Positions 1-9,000 of a stretch of 64,000 bases of DNA are shown here, one piece after another; positions within the stretch are counted from its first letter, which is position 1; the number at the start of each line of letters is the position of its first letter. This stretch comes from Flavobacteriales bacterium (lineage in GTDB: Bacteria > Bacteroidota > Bacteroidia > Flavobacteriales_C > GCA-002722245). A program made the position numbers and the translations under genes. The notes below the pieces were generated by a model, which was not told where the DNA came from, ran no database searches, and saw nothing but the letters and a program-made list of their open reading frames with translations. The DNA is taken from NCBI GenBank assembly GCA_947444925.1, contig CANFBW010000007.1, forward strand, positions 8,774-72,773, written 5' to 3'.

Positions 1-1553
1 AATATTACGTGCGCGCTTATGCCATTGGGTGTCAAACGGCTTATGGTGCTGTCACATGGTTTTATACGGGTTCAGCCCCAGTAATTACTACTGCCTATGA
101 CCCCATCAAAATACATTGTGAATCTGCCACATTTGGTTTTTTATCTGGTGCTATTGGCCGAGATAAAAGAAGTTGCTGTGGTTCAGATGCTCTTGGTGAT
201 AACTTGTCGCAAGTAACTGAATTTGGATTTATTTATGGTGTTTCAAATGCCGATGTTACCAATTCTACCGTAAGCAGTTTAGCTGGCGCATCCATTAAAG
301 ACGTTAGTATTAAAAATACCGCTGCAGTTTTAGCAAATGGTATTTACAATTACCAAGAAGTAACAGGTTTATCACCCAGCACAACATATTATGCTAAGGG
401 CTATAACACCAATTCTCAAGGAACAACATATGGCGCTGTTAAAACATTTTCAACCACTGCTGCATGTGCCGTTTATTATTCATGTACTGCCGCAAACACC
501 TGGGATACCGACATCAATTGCGGCTCTCCAGTAGACGTGCCAACATCAACCAGTATATGCTATATGCGCCATGATTGGGGACCGGTAGGGGGTTTAACCA
601 ATGCAAATGTAGAATGCGGTACAGCAACTTTCATGACCGCAAGACCCTATCGTTTAATCGTTAGCAATGGTGGCCGGGTTTACATGACTGGTGGTAATTT
701 TACTGCTGGATTTCAATTGTCTCTACCAAATACCAATGGTCAATTTGGGCATGATGGAGCTATTTCTTTTGCCAATACTAGCACTACCGCCGCGAGCAAC
801 GAAATCTCGCGATTGACCAATCTTGGTTCTATCGTAGTTAAGGGAGCGTACACCAACAGTCTTAGAATCCCAGTCGGAGGCGAGTATTGCTACAATGGAT
901 CATGGACCAATCAAACAACAGGCAATGGTTCAATAAACGCCGATTACAGTGTAAACCCATCTTTCCCACTCACAAAATACACCAATGCGAGTTGCTATGG
1001 AGCCGTAGAGTTGCCTGTTCAATTGCTGAATTTTGATGCCATTAAAGAAGACCACAGAGTTGATGTTTCTTGGTCAACAGCCTCTGAAATCAACAACGAT
1101 TATTTTGAAGTTCAACATTCCATTGACGGCATAACTTGGAAAACTCTTTCCCATATTGAAGGTGCGGGTAATTCAAATAACATTTTATATTACAACACAG
1201 TAGATTATGACGTTAAGAATTATGACGTAAAATACTACCGTTTAAAGCAGGTTGATTTCGACGGCACACAAGCATACTCTAAATTACGTGCAATCCATTT
1301 TGACGCGAGCAAAATAAATGAACTCCATACGTACGACAATGGCGAACATATTGTTGTTGATGTGCAACAAGCTGGAATTTTTGATGTGCAGATTTTTGAT
1401 GTAAATGGCGCTTTGGTTTACCAAACATCTTTGAACAACAGCATGGAGGATTCGGTACTTTTCGTCGAGAAACACAACCTTACCAAAGGTTTATATTTCG
1501 TACAAGCATTCAATTCAAAAACATCTCTTTCCAAAAAACTTTTATTACAATAA
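1..1553 (+). CDS. Secreted protein with a C-terminal T9SS type-A sorting domain (CTD). It is truncated at its 5' end by the window edge.
   Basis: The ORF is open to position 1, and the listed GTG start at 9 is an artefact. No signal peptide is visible. The C-terminal ~80 aa (..GLYFVQAFNSKTSLSKKLLLQ) fit the Por-secretion CTD pattern. Just before the CTD there is a conserved module, LPVQLLNF...SWSTASEINNDYFEVQHSIDG...YYRLKQVDFDG. The same module occurs in the 2583-3773 and 14596-15744 products. Confidence 0.6.
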   Translation, partial: YYVRAYAIGCQTAYGAVTWFYTGSAPVITTAYDPIKIHCESATFGFLSGAIGRDKRSCCGSDALGDNLSQVTEFGFIYGVSNADVTNSTVSSLAGASIKDVSIKNTAAVLANGIYNYQEVTGLSPSTTYYAKGYNTNSQGTTYGAVKTFSTTAACAVYYSCTAANTWDTDINCGSPVDVPTSTSICYMRHDWGPVGGLTNANVECGTATFMTARPYRLIVSNGGRVYMTGGNFTAGFQLSLPNTNGQFGHDGAISFANTSTTAASNEISRLTNLGSIVVKGAYTNSLRIPVGGEYCYNGSWTNQTTGNGSINADYSVNPSFPLTKYTNASCYGAVELPVQLLNFDAIKEDHRVDVSWSTASEINNDYFEVQHSIDGITWKTLSHIEGAGNSNNILYYNTVDYDVKNYDVKYYRLKQVDFDGTQAYSKLRAIHFDASKINELHTYDNGEHIVVDVQQAGIFDVQIFDVNGALVYQTSLNNSMEDSVLFVEKHNLTKGLYFVQAFNSKTSLSKKLLLQ

Positions 1554-1812
1554 TTGAAATAGCAATTAAGCGAGAGGCTAATTAAATTTAGTTCGACCAT
1601 AAAACCCAATTCATTCAACCATGTGTGCGTGAGCTGGAGAGCATGGCTCGAGAAAATCAGGGTATTCGTGGCGTCCCGCTCCCACTCAAATTTTGGCAGC
1701 AGATCTAGCATCGAACTGGGATCCACAAATTAGGAGGTTATTGTTCTATCCAATTTAACTATAGGACCGTGATTGAAAAGTACGCATTATTTAAATTTAC
1801 TATTTTTGCGTT

Positions 1813-2577
1813 ATGATACATGTAATCAAGATAGGCGGCGGCATTATTGAAGACCAAAATGCTTTGACCCAATTTTTGGCGTCGTTCGCGAAAGTTGAAG
1901 GAAAAAAAATACTTATCCACGGCGGCGGACGCATGGCGACAACGCTCGCCAAAAAGCTGGGCATTGAAAGCAAAATGGTCGACGGGCGACGCATTACCGA
2001 CGATGCCACTTTAGAAGTGGTGACCATGGTTTACGGCGGACTGGCAAACAAAACCATTGTTGCTGGTTTGCAAGCTTTGGGCTTGAACGCTCTCGGACTC
2101 ACTGGCGCCGACGGCAATCTTATTCAAGCGCACAAACGCACAGATTGGGAACAGGATTTCGGATGGGTGGGTGATGTAGACCATGTTAATTCCTCTCTGA
2201 TCATTTCATTGCTGAACCAAGGATTGGTGCCAGTGATTGCACCTCTTTCACACGATGGAAAAGGACATATTCTCAACACCAATGCCGATACCATTGCTTC
2301 TGAAGTAGCAAAAGCGTTGGCAAAACTCGAAGAAACACAGTTGATTTTAGGTTTTGAATTGGATGGTGTAATGAAAAATCCGAAAGATGCCAGCACTGTG
2401 ATCGCCAGCATCAACACGGAAGATTTTGAAAATTACAAAGCAGATGGAACGATTAGCGATGGCATGATTCCAAAGTTAGAAAACGCATTCAAAGCGATTC
2501 AATCGGGTGTAAAAGCAGTGCGCATTTGCAATGCTTTAAAGGTGGGTGATTCAACATCGGGAACCCTCATTCAATAA
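1813..2577 (+). CDS. argB: Acetylglutamate kinase (amino-acid kinase family).
   Basis: 254 aa. The motifs VIKIGGG...ILIHGGG...ITDDATLEVVTMVYGGLANKTIVAGLQALGLNALGLTGADG are close to the Bacteroides-type N-acetylglutamate kinase pattern. No other arg genes are adjacent. Confidence 0.7.
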   Translation: MIHVIKIGGGIIEDQNALTQFLASFAKVEGKKILIHGGGRMATTLAKKLGIESKMVDGRRITDDATLEVVTMVYGGLANKTIVAGLQALGLNALGLTGADGNLIQAHKRTDWEQDFGWVGDVDHVNSSLIISLLNQGLVPVIAPLSHDGKGHILNTNADTIASEVAKALAKLEETQLILGFELDGVMKNPKDASTVIASINTEDFENYKADGTISDGMIPKLENAFKAIQSGVKAVRICNALKVGDSTSGTLIQ

Positions 2578-2582
2578 ATTCG

Positions 2583-3773
2583 CTAAAGCACAAACTTTTG
2601 AGTGATGGCGTCACTTCCGCTGAGTATTCGAACAAAATACACCCCAGCAGCCAGCTGTGAAGGATCAATAAATATGCTTTGCGATGAAGCAGCGCTGTTC
2701 AACAAAAGCACAGCGATCAGCTTTCCATTAACATCAAAACATTGGGCACTCTGTAAATTACTGCCATTGATCGACAATTGTCCACCACCGAAGGAACTAA
2801 TACTAATGTTTTGCTTTTCGCGCAACACAAGCATTTGCGAATAAGTGGTAGCACCATCAAAGTCGACTTGTTTCAATCGATAATAGCTCACTGCGCCCTT
2901 AGCAGTTCTGTCTAAATAATTGTACTCTGCACCCCCATATTGCATGCCTTTTCCATTTTGTTGGTCTATCGTTTCAAAAGATATGCCGTCATAAGAACGC
3001 TGCAATTCAAAATGATCGTTGTTGATTTCACTTGCCGTTGCCCACGTGAGTAAGTTGCCGCTTTTCTCCTGCAAACCCTCAAAAGAAAGCATTTCAACAG
3101 GTAAAGAAACCGCTGTAGCCACCGTCAGATTGTCCATGTACACAAATTGATGTCCATTCTTAGGCCCTGTGACATTTCCAGAACCACGTAAATTAAAAGT
3201 CATTTTTATAACGGAAGTTGTAGAGAGGGTCATGCTGTTTGTGTTTGCCAATCCTGAAATATCAGCAGTTACGCTATTCCAAAATCCATCAGAATAAGGA
3301 GCCTGATTGATGTTTACAAGTATAAATGAAGAACCATACGTAGAACCCCCGTTGACCGAAAGGTAGATTTTCAGCGAATCCATACAACCGCTGTATCCCG
3401 TACCCCAATCGATAATATGAAACGTAAGATTTACACCAACCTTTGCCGCCAAATTCATATACATCATGGCATTCAACTTATTGTCGGATCCTAAATCGGA
3501 AGTATTGTATACCGCCAAGCCATTTCCCGTTGGCGCAGAAATAGCACTGTTGTAGGCTGTTCCCTGCACAGAAGGGCTGAAATAAGGCCAATTGCCCGAT
3601 TCGGCTCTTGCCTCAATTCTACCTGCTGCATTTGACATGGAGGTTGACCACGAAGCACCAAGGCTTGTGAAATCGTCTGAAAAAGGTAAGGTCGCATACG
3701 TTTGCGCTGCAACAATTCCCGTCAGTCCTAAGCATACAATTGTGACAATTGCACTCGCTGCGTTAATCTTCAT
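2583..3773 (-). CDS. Secreted protein with a T9SS type-A CTD.
   Basis: A signal peptide starts at the internal Met (MKINAASAIVTIVCLGLTGIVAAQ). The C-terminus (AGVYFVRILSGSDAITQKFVL) is CTD-like. The pre-CTD module ASEINNDHFELQRSYDG...YYRLKQVDFDG is shared with the first gene. Confidence 0.6.
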   Translation of the reverse strand: MKINAASAIVTIVCLGLTGIVAAQTYATLPFSDDFTSLGASWSTSMSNAAGRIEARAESGNWPYFSPSVQGTAYNSAISAPTGNGLAVYNTSDLGSDNKLNAMMYMNLAAKVGVNLTFHIIDWGTGYSGCMDSLKIYLSVNGGSTYGSSFILVNINQAPYSDGFWNSVTADISGLANTNSMTLSTTSVIKMTFNLRGSGNVTGPKNGHQFVYMDNLTVATAVSLPVEMLSFEGLQEKSGNLLTWATASEINNDHFELQRSYDGISFETIDQQNGKGMQYGGAEYNYLDRTAKGAVSYYRLKQVDFDGATTYSQMLVLREKQNISISSFGGGQLSINGSNLQSAQCFDVNGKLIAVLLLNSAASSQSIFIDPSQLAAGVYFVRILSGSDAITQKFVL

Positions 3774-3921
3774 CTTTACAATGTTAGTTATTCCCCGGTG
3801 CAATGATACGGAGGAAAAACCCACTTGTAAAGAGCAAAAACACTATTTAATATCGAAGGACGACATTATTCGATGAATGAATGCTTTTTACCCGCGAACG
3901 TAAAACTATACGTAGTGATTA

Positions 3922-4173
3922 CTAAAGTTCAATCAACGAAAACTCGAAGCTTTCCATGATTTGGTTGGCCAATAATTTTTTGCACGCCGTCTCCACTTTC
4001 GCCTCTGCTTCATTTTTGCTGGTCGCCTCCAATTCTAAAGAGATGTGTTTGCCAATGCGAACATTTCCAATTTCTGACAAGCCTATGTTTTTCATGCTGT
4101 GTCCTACCGCTTTTCCCTGTGGATCAAGCAATGCCTTCAAGGGCATGATGTCAATTTCTGCTTTAAATTTCAT
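3922..4173 (-). CDS. purS: Phosphoribosylformylglycinamidine synthase subunit PurS.
   Basis: 83 aa, MKFKAEIDIMPLKALLDPQGKAVGHSMKNIGL..VRIGKHISLELEA. This is the typical PurS length and motif set. Confidence 0.85.
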   Translation of the reverse strand: MKFKAEIDIMPLKALLDPQGKAVGHSMKNIGLSEIGNVRIGKHISLELEATSKNEAEAKVETACKKLLANQIMESFEFSLIEL

Positions 4174-4180
4174 GGTAATA

Positions 4181-4885
4181 TTATTTTTTCACTGTTTTTT
4201 TGTTCGACTGTATGTTTTGCGCAATACTGATTGCGAGGTACAAAAGTATAATAAAAGGCATCGCTTGAATGAAAAAAGCGGAAATTAAAAGTGCACAAGC
4301 AAGCAGAAATATGTATTTTATTTGATTGCCCTGCCAGCCAAATCCTTTAAACTTCAATGCCATCAAAGGAAGTTCAGAGACCATTAAAAAGCAAAAAGCC
4401 ACCACAATAGCAGTCAGCACGAAGGCATTGTTCAAAAAATGAAACTGCAGTGCTCCATCGGCTTCATTGAAAACAGACAACGATGCAAAAAACAGGGCGT
4501 TGGCAGGCGTTGGCAAACCCAGAAAGCCCTGGTTTTGACGCTCATCAATATTGAATTTTGCCAAGCGCAAAGCCGAAAATACAGGAATCATAAAAGCAAT
4601 GTAGGGCAAATACGAAGCGCTGTCCGTGATGTCTTTCAGCATAAAAAAAACCAGCATGCCCGGCACAACGCCAAAGGTCACCATATCGGCCAAGGAATCA
4701 AGCTGCTTGCCGAGGCCAGAACTAACCTTCAGCATGCGCGCAGCAAAACCATCAAAAAAATCGAATACTGCTGCAGCCATCATCAACCAAAAAGAAGTGC
4801 TAAAATCCAGCGCAAAGGCACTAACAATGGCCATGCAACCACAAATTAAATTGCACAGCGTTAATATATTGGGTAAATTGAACAC
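4181..4885 (-). CDS. pssA: CDP-diacylglycerol--serine O-phosphatidyltransferase (CDP-alcohol phosphatidyltransferase family).
   Basis: It has the multi-TM N-terminus IPNILTLCNLICG and the CDP-OH phosphotransferase motif DFFDGFAARMLKVSSGLGKQLDSLADMVTFGVVP. The longest ORF reaches 4993, but that would abut the divergent gene starting at 4992. The GTG at 4885 gives ~234 aa, the usual size, so the start is uncertain. Confidence 0.7.
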   Translation of the reverse strand: MFNLPNILTLCNLICGCMAIVSAFALDFSTSFWLMMAAAVFDFFDGFAARMLKVSSGLGKQLDSLADMVTFGVVPGMLVFFMLKDITDSASYLPYIAFMIPVFSALRLAKFNIDERQNQGFLGLPTPANALFFASLSVFNEADGALQFHFLNNAFVLTAIVVAFCFLMVSELPLMALKFKGFGWQGNQIKYIFLLACALLISAFFIQAMPFIILLYLAISIAQNIQSNKKTVKK

Positions 4886-4991
4886 GATTACGCGATTTAT
4901 ATAGTGTTTATGCTCACTCCGCAAAATGTTGAGTGAGCAAATTAAAGAAAATATATTTACTTTTGGCCCGTTTGACTGCTTAAAATTACAC

Positions 4992-6071
4992 ATGACGATC
5001 TATCGACTTCACATACTACTCGCACTATTTTTTGCGGCATCCTTCAAATTGGGGACGGCACAATCGGTTCGAAAATACAGCAACGAATTTTTAAACATTG
5101 GCGCAGGCGCAAGCGCCCTTGGAATGTCAAATGCCAACATTGCCTTGGTAAAAGATGCTACTGCGGGCTATTGGAATCCGGCTGGATTGACCCGACTTGA
5201 AAATAATTTAGAAGTGGCGGGGATGCATGCAGAATATTTTGCCAGCGCATCAAAATACGAATATGCAGCGGCAGCTTTCAAAATTGACGAAGTATCTACA
5301 GGCAGCATTAGTTACCTGCGTTATGGCACTGATAACATACCCAATACCACTGATTTGATCAGCAATGGAGTTATTGACTACGACAGAATAACTTCCTTCT
5401 CAGCAGCTGACAACGCATTTTTGTTTTCGTATGCACGCCAACTAGGAATAGAAGGCTTGAGCATGGGTGGAAGTGCAAAAGTGATTTACCGTCAAGTGGG
5501 TGATTTTGCCTCGGCTTGGGGCTTCGGTCTTGACTTTGGTGCACAGTACAAAAAAGACAATTGGCATTTCGCCGCTGTGGCAAGAGACGTCACGTCAACT
5601 TTCAGTGCTTGGAGTTTTAATCTTGATCAGTTCAAAGAAGTATTTGCACAAACAGGCAATGCACTGCCGAGCAACAGCGTTGAAATGGCCTTACCACGAT
5701 TGATTCTAGCTACAGGCTACCAATTCACCATCCAAAAAGATTTTGGTGTATATCCCGAAATCGATTTGGATCTCACTTTTGACGGCAAAAGAAACACCCT
5801 TGTGTCATCAACCTTTACCAGTATTGATCCACATGTGGGCTTGTTGATGAGCTACAAAAACTTTTTGTTCTTGCGCACAGGCTTGGGCAACTTTCAGCAC
5901 GAAAGTGATTTCAGCGGAAAAAAAGTCACTACTTTTCAACCCAACATCGGCGCAGGTTTTATGTACAAGAAATTTTACTTTGACTACGCGCTCACCAATT
6001 TGGGAGATCAGTCTTCAGCAGCCTATTCCAACGTATTTTCGGTAAGATTCGGCATCAACAAAAGAAATTAA
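4992..6071 (+). CDS. T9SS outer-membrane protein of the PorV/PorQ family (FadL-like beta-barrel).
   Basis: There is a signal peptide MTIYRLHILLALFFAASFKLGTAQS. The motif YSNEFLNIGAGASALGMSNANIAL..AGYWNPAGL resembles the PorV/PorQ N-terminal signature. The gene lies immediately upstream of the PorU-like gene. Confidence 0.5.
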   Translation: MTIYRLHILLALFFAASFKLGTAQSVRKYSNEFLNIGAGASALGMSNANIALVKDATAGYWNPAGLTRLENNLEVAGMHAEYFASASKYEYAAAAFKIDEVSTGSISYLRYGTDNIPNTTDLISNGVIDYDRITSFSAADNAFLFSYARQLGIEGLSMGGSAKVIYRQVGDFASAWGFGLDFGAQYKKDNWHFAAVARDVTSTFSAWSFNLDQFKEVFAQTGNALPSNSVEMALPRLILATGYQFTIQKDFGVYPEIDLDLTFDGKRNTLVSSTFTSIDPHVGLLMSYKNFLFLRTGLGNFQHESDFSGKKVTTFQPNIGAGFMYKKFYFDYALTNLGDQSSAAYSNVFSVRFGINKRN

Positions 6072-6080
6072 ATCACTACA

Positions 6081-9000
6081 ATGAAATTGCGCTTTTTATA
6101 TCTTCTATTTTCCTTTCTAACGTTGAGTGTTTCTGCACAACTGGGCAACAACACATGGATCAACTATTCTCAAAGCTATTTCAAGTTTCCTGTTGCGAAC
6201 ACAGGGATGCACAAAATTGGCTACCAAGCATTGGCTGATGCCGGTATCAACATGGCGAGTTTAAACCCCGACAACTTGCAAATTTTTGGGCGCGGTGAAG
6301 AACAGTATCTGCACATTGAAGGTGGCGATGATGGCACCTTTGATCCACTGGATTATATCTTGCTATATGCCGAAAAAAACGACGGTTATTTTGATGCGCA
6401 GATGTATAAAGATCCTGGTACGAATTCCAATCCGTATTACAGCCTTATCAACGACACTTCGTACTTTTTTGTAACCACCAACACCTCGATCAACAACCGC
6501 AGGATTGAACAAGACAACGATGTGAACTTTGGCGCATACACCGCGGCGCCCTATTTTAATTGCGAACAAGTAATATCGCTCAGCAACCAATACGGCGCTG
6601 GTCTTACTAGTATTATTGACACCCATCTTCCATTCTATATGCCAGGGGAAGGATGGATGGGACCAACTATTTTTATGGGGGGCATTCAATCACACACCAT
6701 TGCTACCCCGTCATATTACGTTCCAGGCGGAAGCGGTACGGTGGAGGCTACAATCATGGGACTCACCAATTCATTCATCTACAAAGACCACCATTTAGAA
6801 GTCTCGTTCAACGGCAAATTGAAAACCGACACCTTTTACGAAGGACACAATTTTTTGAAATTGAATTACACCTTTCCTGCAGCCGAGTGGGCCAGTTCAT
6901 CAGTACTTAAATTTGAGAGCAATTCAAGCGACACAACAAATACTGCCGACCGCAGTGCCGTGGGTTATGTAAAAATGAAATATCCGCGCACTTTTGACTT
7001 AGGCAATGCTACCAGCCAATACCTGGAGGTGCTGAACGGAACAGGCAAGGCCTTTCTCTCCATGTCCAACTTCAACAACCAAAACAGCACAGCGTGGCTC
7101 TTTGACATCAGCAACCACAAAAGAACCATCGTCAGCAAAGTGGGAGCCGTGTTTAAAACACTGGTACCGAACAGCCTTGCGCCAACAAAAAAATGCTTGT
7201 TGACCACGGAAGCCAACTTCATTAATGTAGCACAACTTGAACCGGCCATTTATGGTGTAAGCTCATTTACAGATTACAAAACTTTGTCGCAAAGCAATGG
7301 CGGATACGACTACTTCATCTTAACAGTAAAAGAATTCAAAGCTGAAGCTGAACTTTACAAAAATTACCGCAACAGTGCTGGCTATAAAGCGGTAGTCATT
7401 GACATGGAAGAACTTTACATGCAATACGCCGACGGCATTAGAAAACACCCTATGTCGATTCGCAATTTTGCAAGGGATATCATTAAAAACTGGGGCACCA
7501 CGCCACAGTACTTTTTCCTTATTGGAAAGTCGATTCAACCCGGCACACCCGATTCAAAAACGGAAAGTAATACTGTACTCAATAGCTCACGCCGCAACGC
7601 CATCAACTACGCAAACAACAAAATCCCCACATTTGGCCACCCCGGATCTGACGTATTTTTAACAGCGCAAATCAGCGATTCTTCTCTTTTCGATCCAGAC
7701 ATCGCCATCGGTCGCTTATCGGCTGTCAAAGCAAGCTCCATCACTGATTATTTAAATAAGGTTCAAGAATTCGAAAACAACCAACAAGATTATTGGATGA
7801 AACGTGTTTTGCACTTTGGCGGTGGAACAGAAGAAAGCCAAGGCGCTACATTCGCTGCCTATCTTAACGGATACAAAAACATCATACAAGACACCTGCTT
7901 TGGTGGAACTGTAAATACTTACTTAAAAAACACAACGAATCCCTTACAATTAAACGTATCTGACTCCATCCGCACAAATATCAATGACGGCTGTTCTTTA
8001 ATGACCTTTTTTGGACATGCCTACGGCGAAGGTTTCGACCAAAACATTGATGCGCCTGACAGCTACACAAATCAAGGGAAATATCCGTTAATCATAGCCA
8101 ACTCATGCTTAATTGGAAACATACATTTACCGTCCTTCAGCAGTGGCAGCGAAACCTGGGTCCTCCCACCAAACAGGGGCTCTATTGGCTTTTTAGCTTC
8201 GGTTTCTTTGGGAATTCCGAGTCCACTCAATGAATATTCGAAAGCATTTTACACCAATTTGGGTCAAAAAAATTACGGAAAAGGTTTGGGTAAAATTCAA
8301 CAAGCCGCCATTCGCAGCGTGCAAAAACCACAAGGCATTTTATTGACCGACGACGACTTAGTGCAAGATGTTTGTATGATGATGACCTTGCATTGTGATC
8401 CAGCCATCGTGCTCAATGCACATGCAAAACCTGATTATACGCTTTACGGCACAAAAGGTAAAACACAGCCTATGGTGACCGTAAATCCGGTGGAAGTAAC
8501 CTCGGAATTAAACACTTTCACCATTACCATGGACATCGCCAATCTCGGCAGAGCTGTCACTGATTCCATACAAATACGAATCATTCGATCCTTCTCTACT
8601 AATGCTCCAGATACAGCGTATCTCAAGCGAATACTCAGTCCGAAATTCAAATCCACCGTGCAATTTACCCTGCCAGTAGAACTTATCAATGGCGTTGGAC
8701 TCAATCATTTTAAAATATCCGTCGACAGCGAAAATGCCATCGACGAGCTCGATGAAGACAACAACATTTATGAATTTGACCTCACCATTCGCTCAAGTGG
8801 TATTGTGCCGGTGTATCCTTACAAATACGCCATTGTGCCAAAAAAATCAATCGTACTTAAAGCAAATACGGTAGATCCTTTTGCGGGAGAAAGAAAGTAC
8901 ATTTTTCAAATTGACACCAACAAAAATTTCTCGTCGGCTTCGCCAATGTTTTATGAAGCCGCAATTACCAAAAGCGGAGGTGTGGTAGTGTGGGATCCTG

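Noticed and set aside
1418-1726. 102-aa minus-strand ORF spanning the end of the first cargo gene and the following intergenic region.
   Set aside because: It overlaps the CTD-coding 3' end of a supported gene on the opposite strand and has no recognisable features.
4886-4993. Full-length ORF start for pssA at 4993.
   Set aside because: It would place the start codon adjacent to the divergent PorV-like gene start (4992), leaving no intergenic promoter space. It also gives an atypical N-terminal extension. A GTG at 4885 yields the usual ~234 aa length. The true start is unverified.
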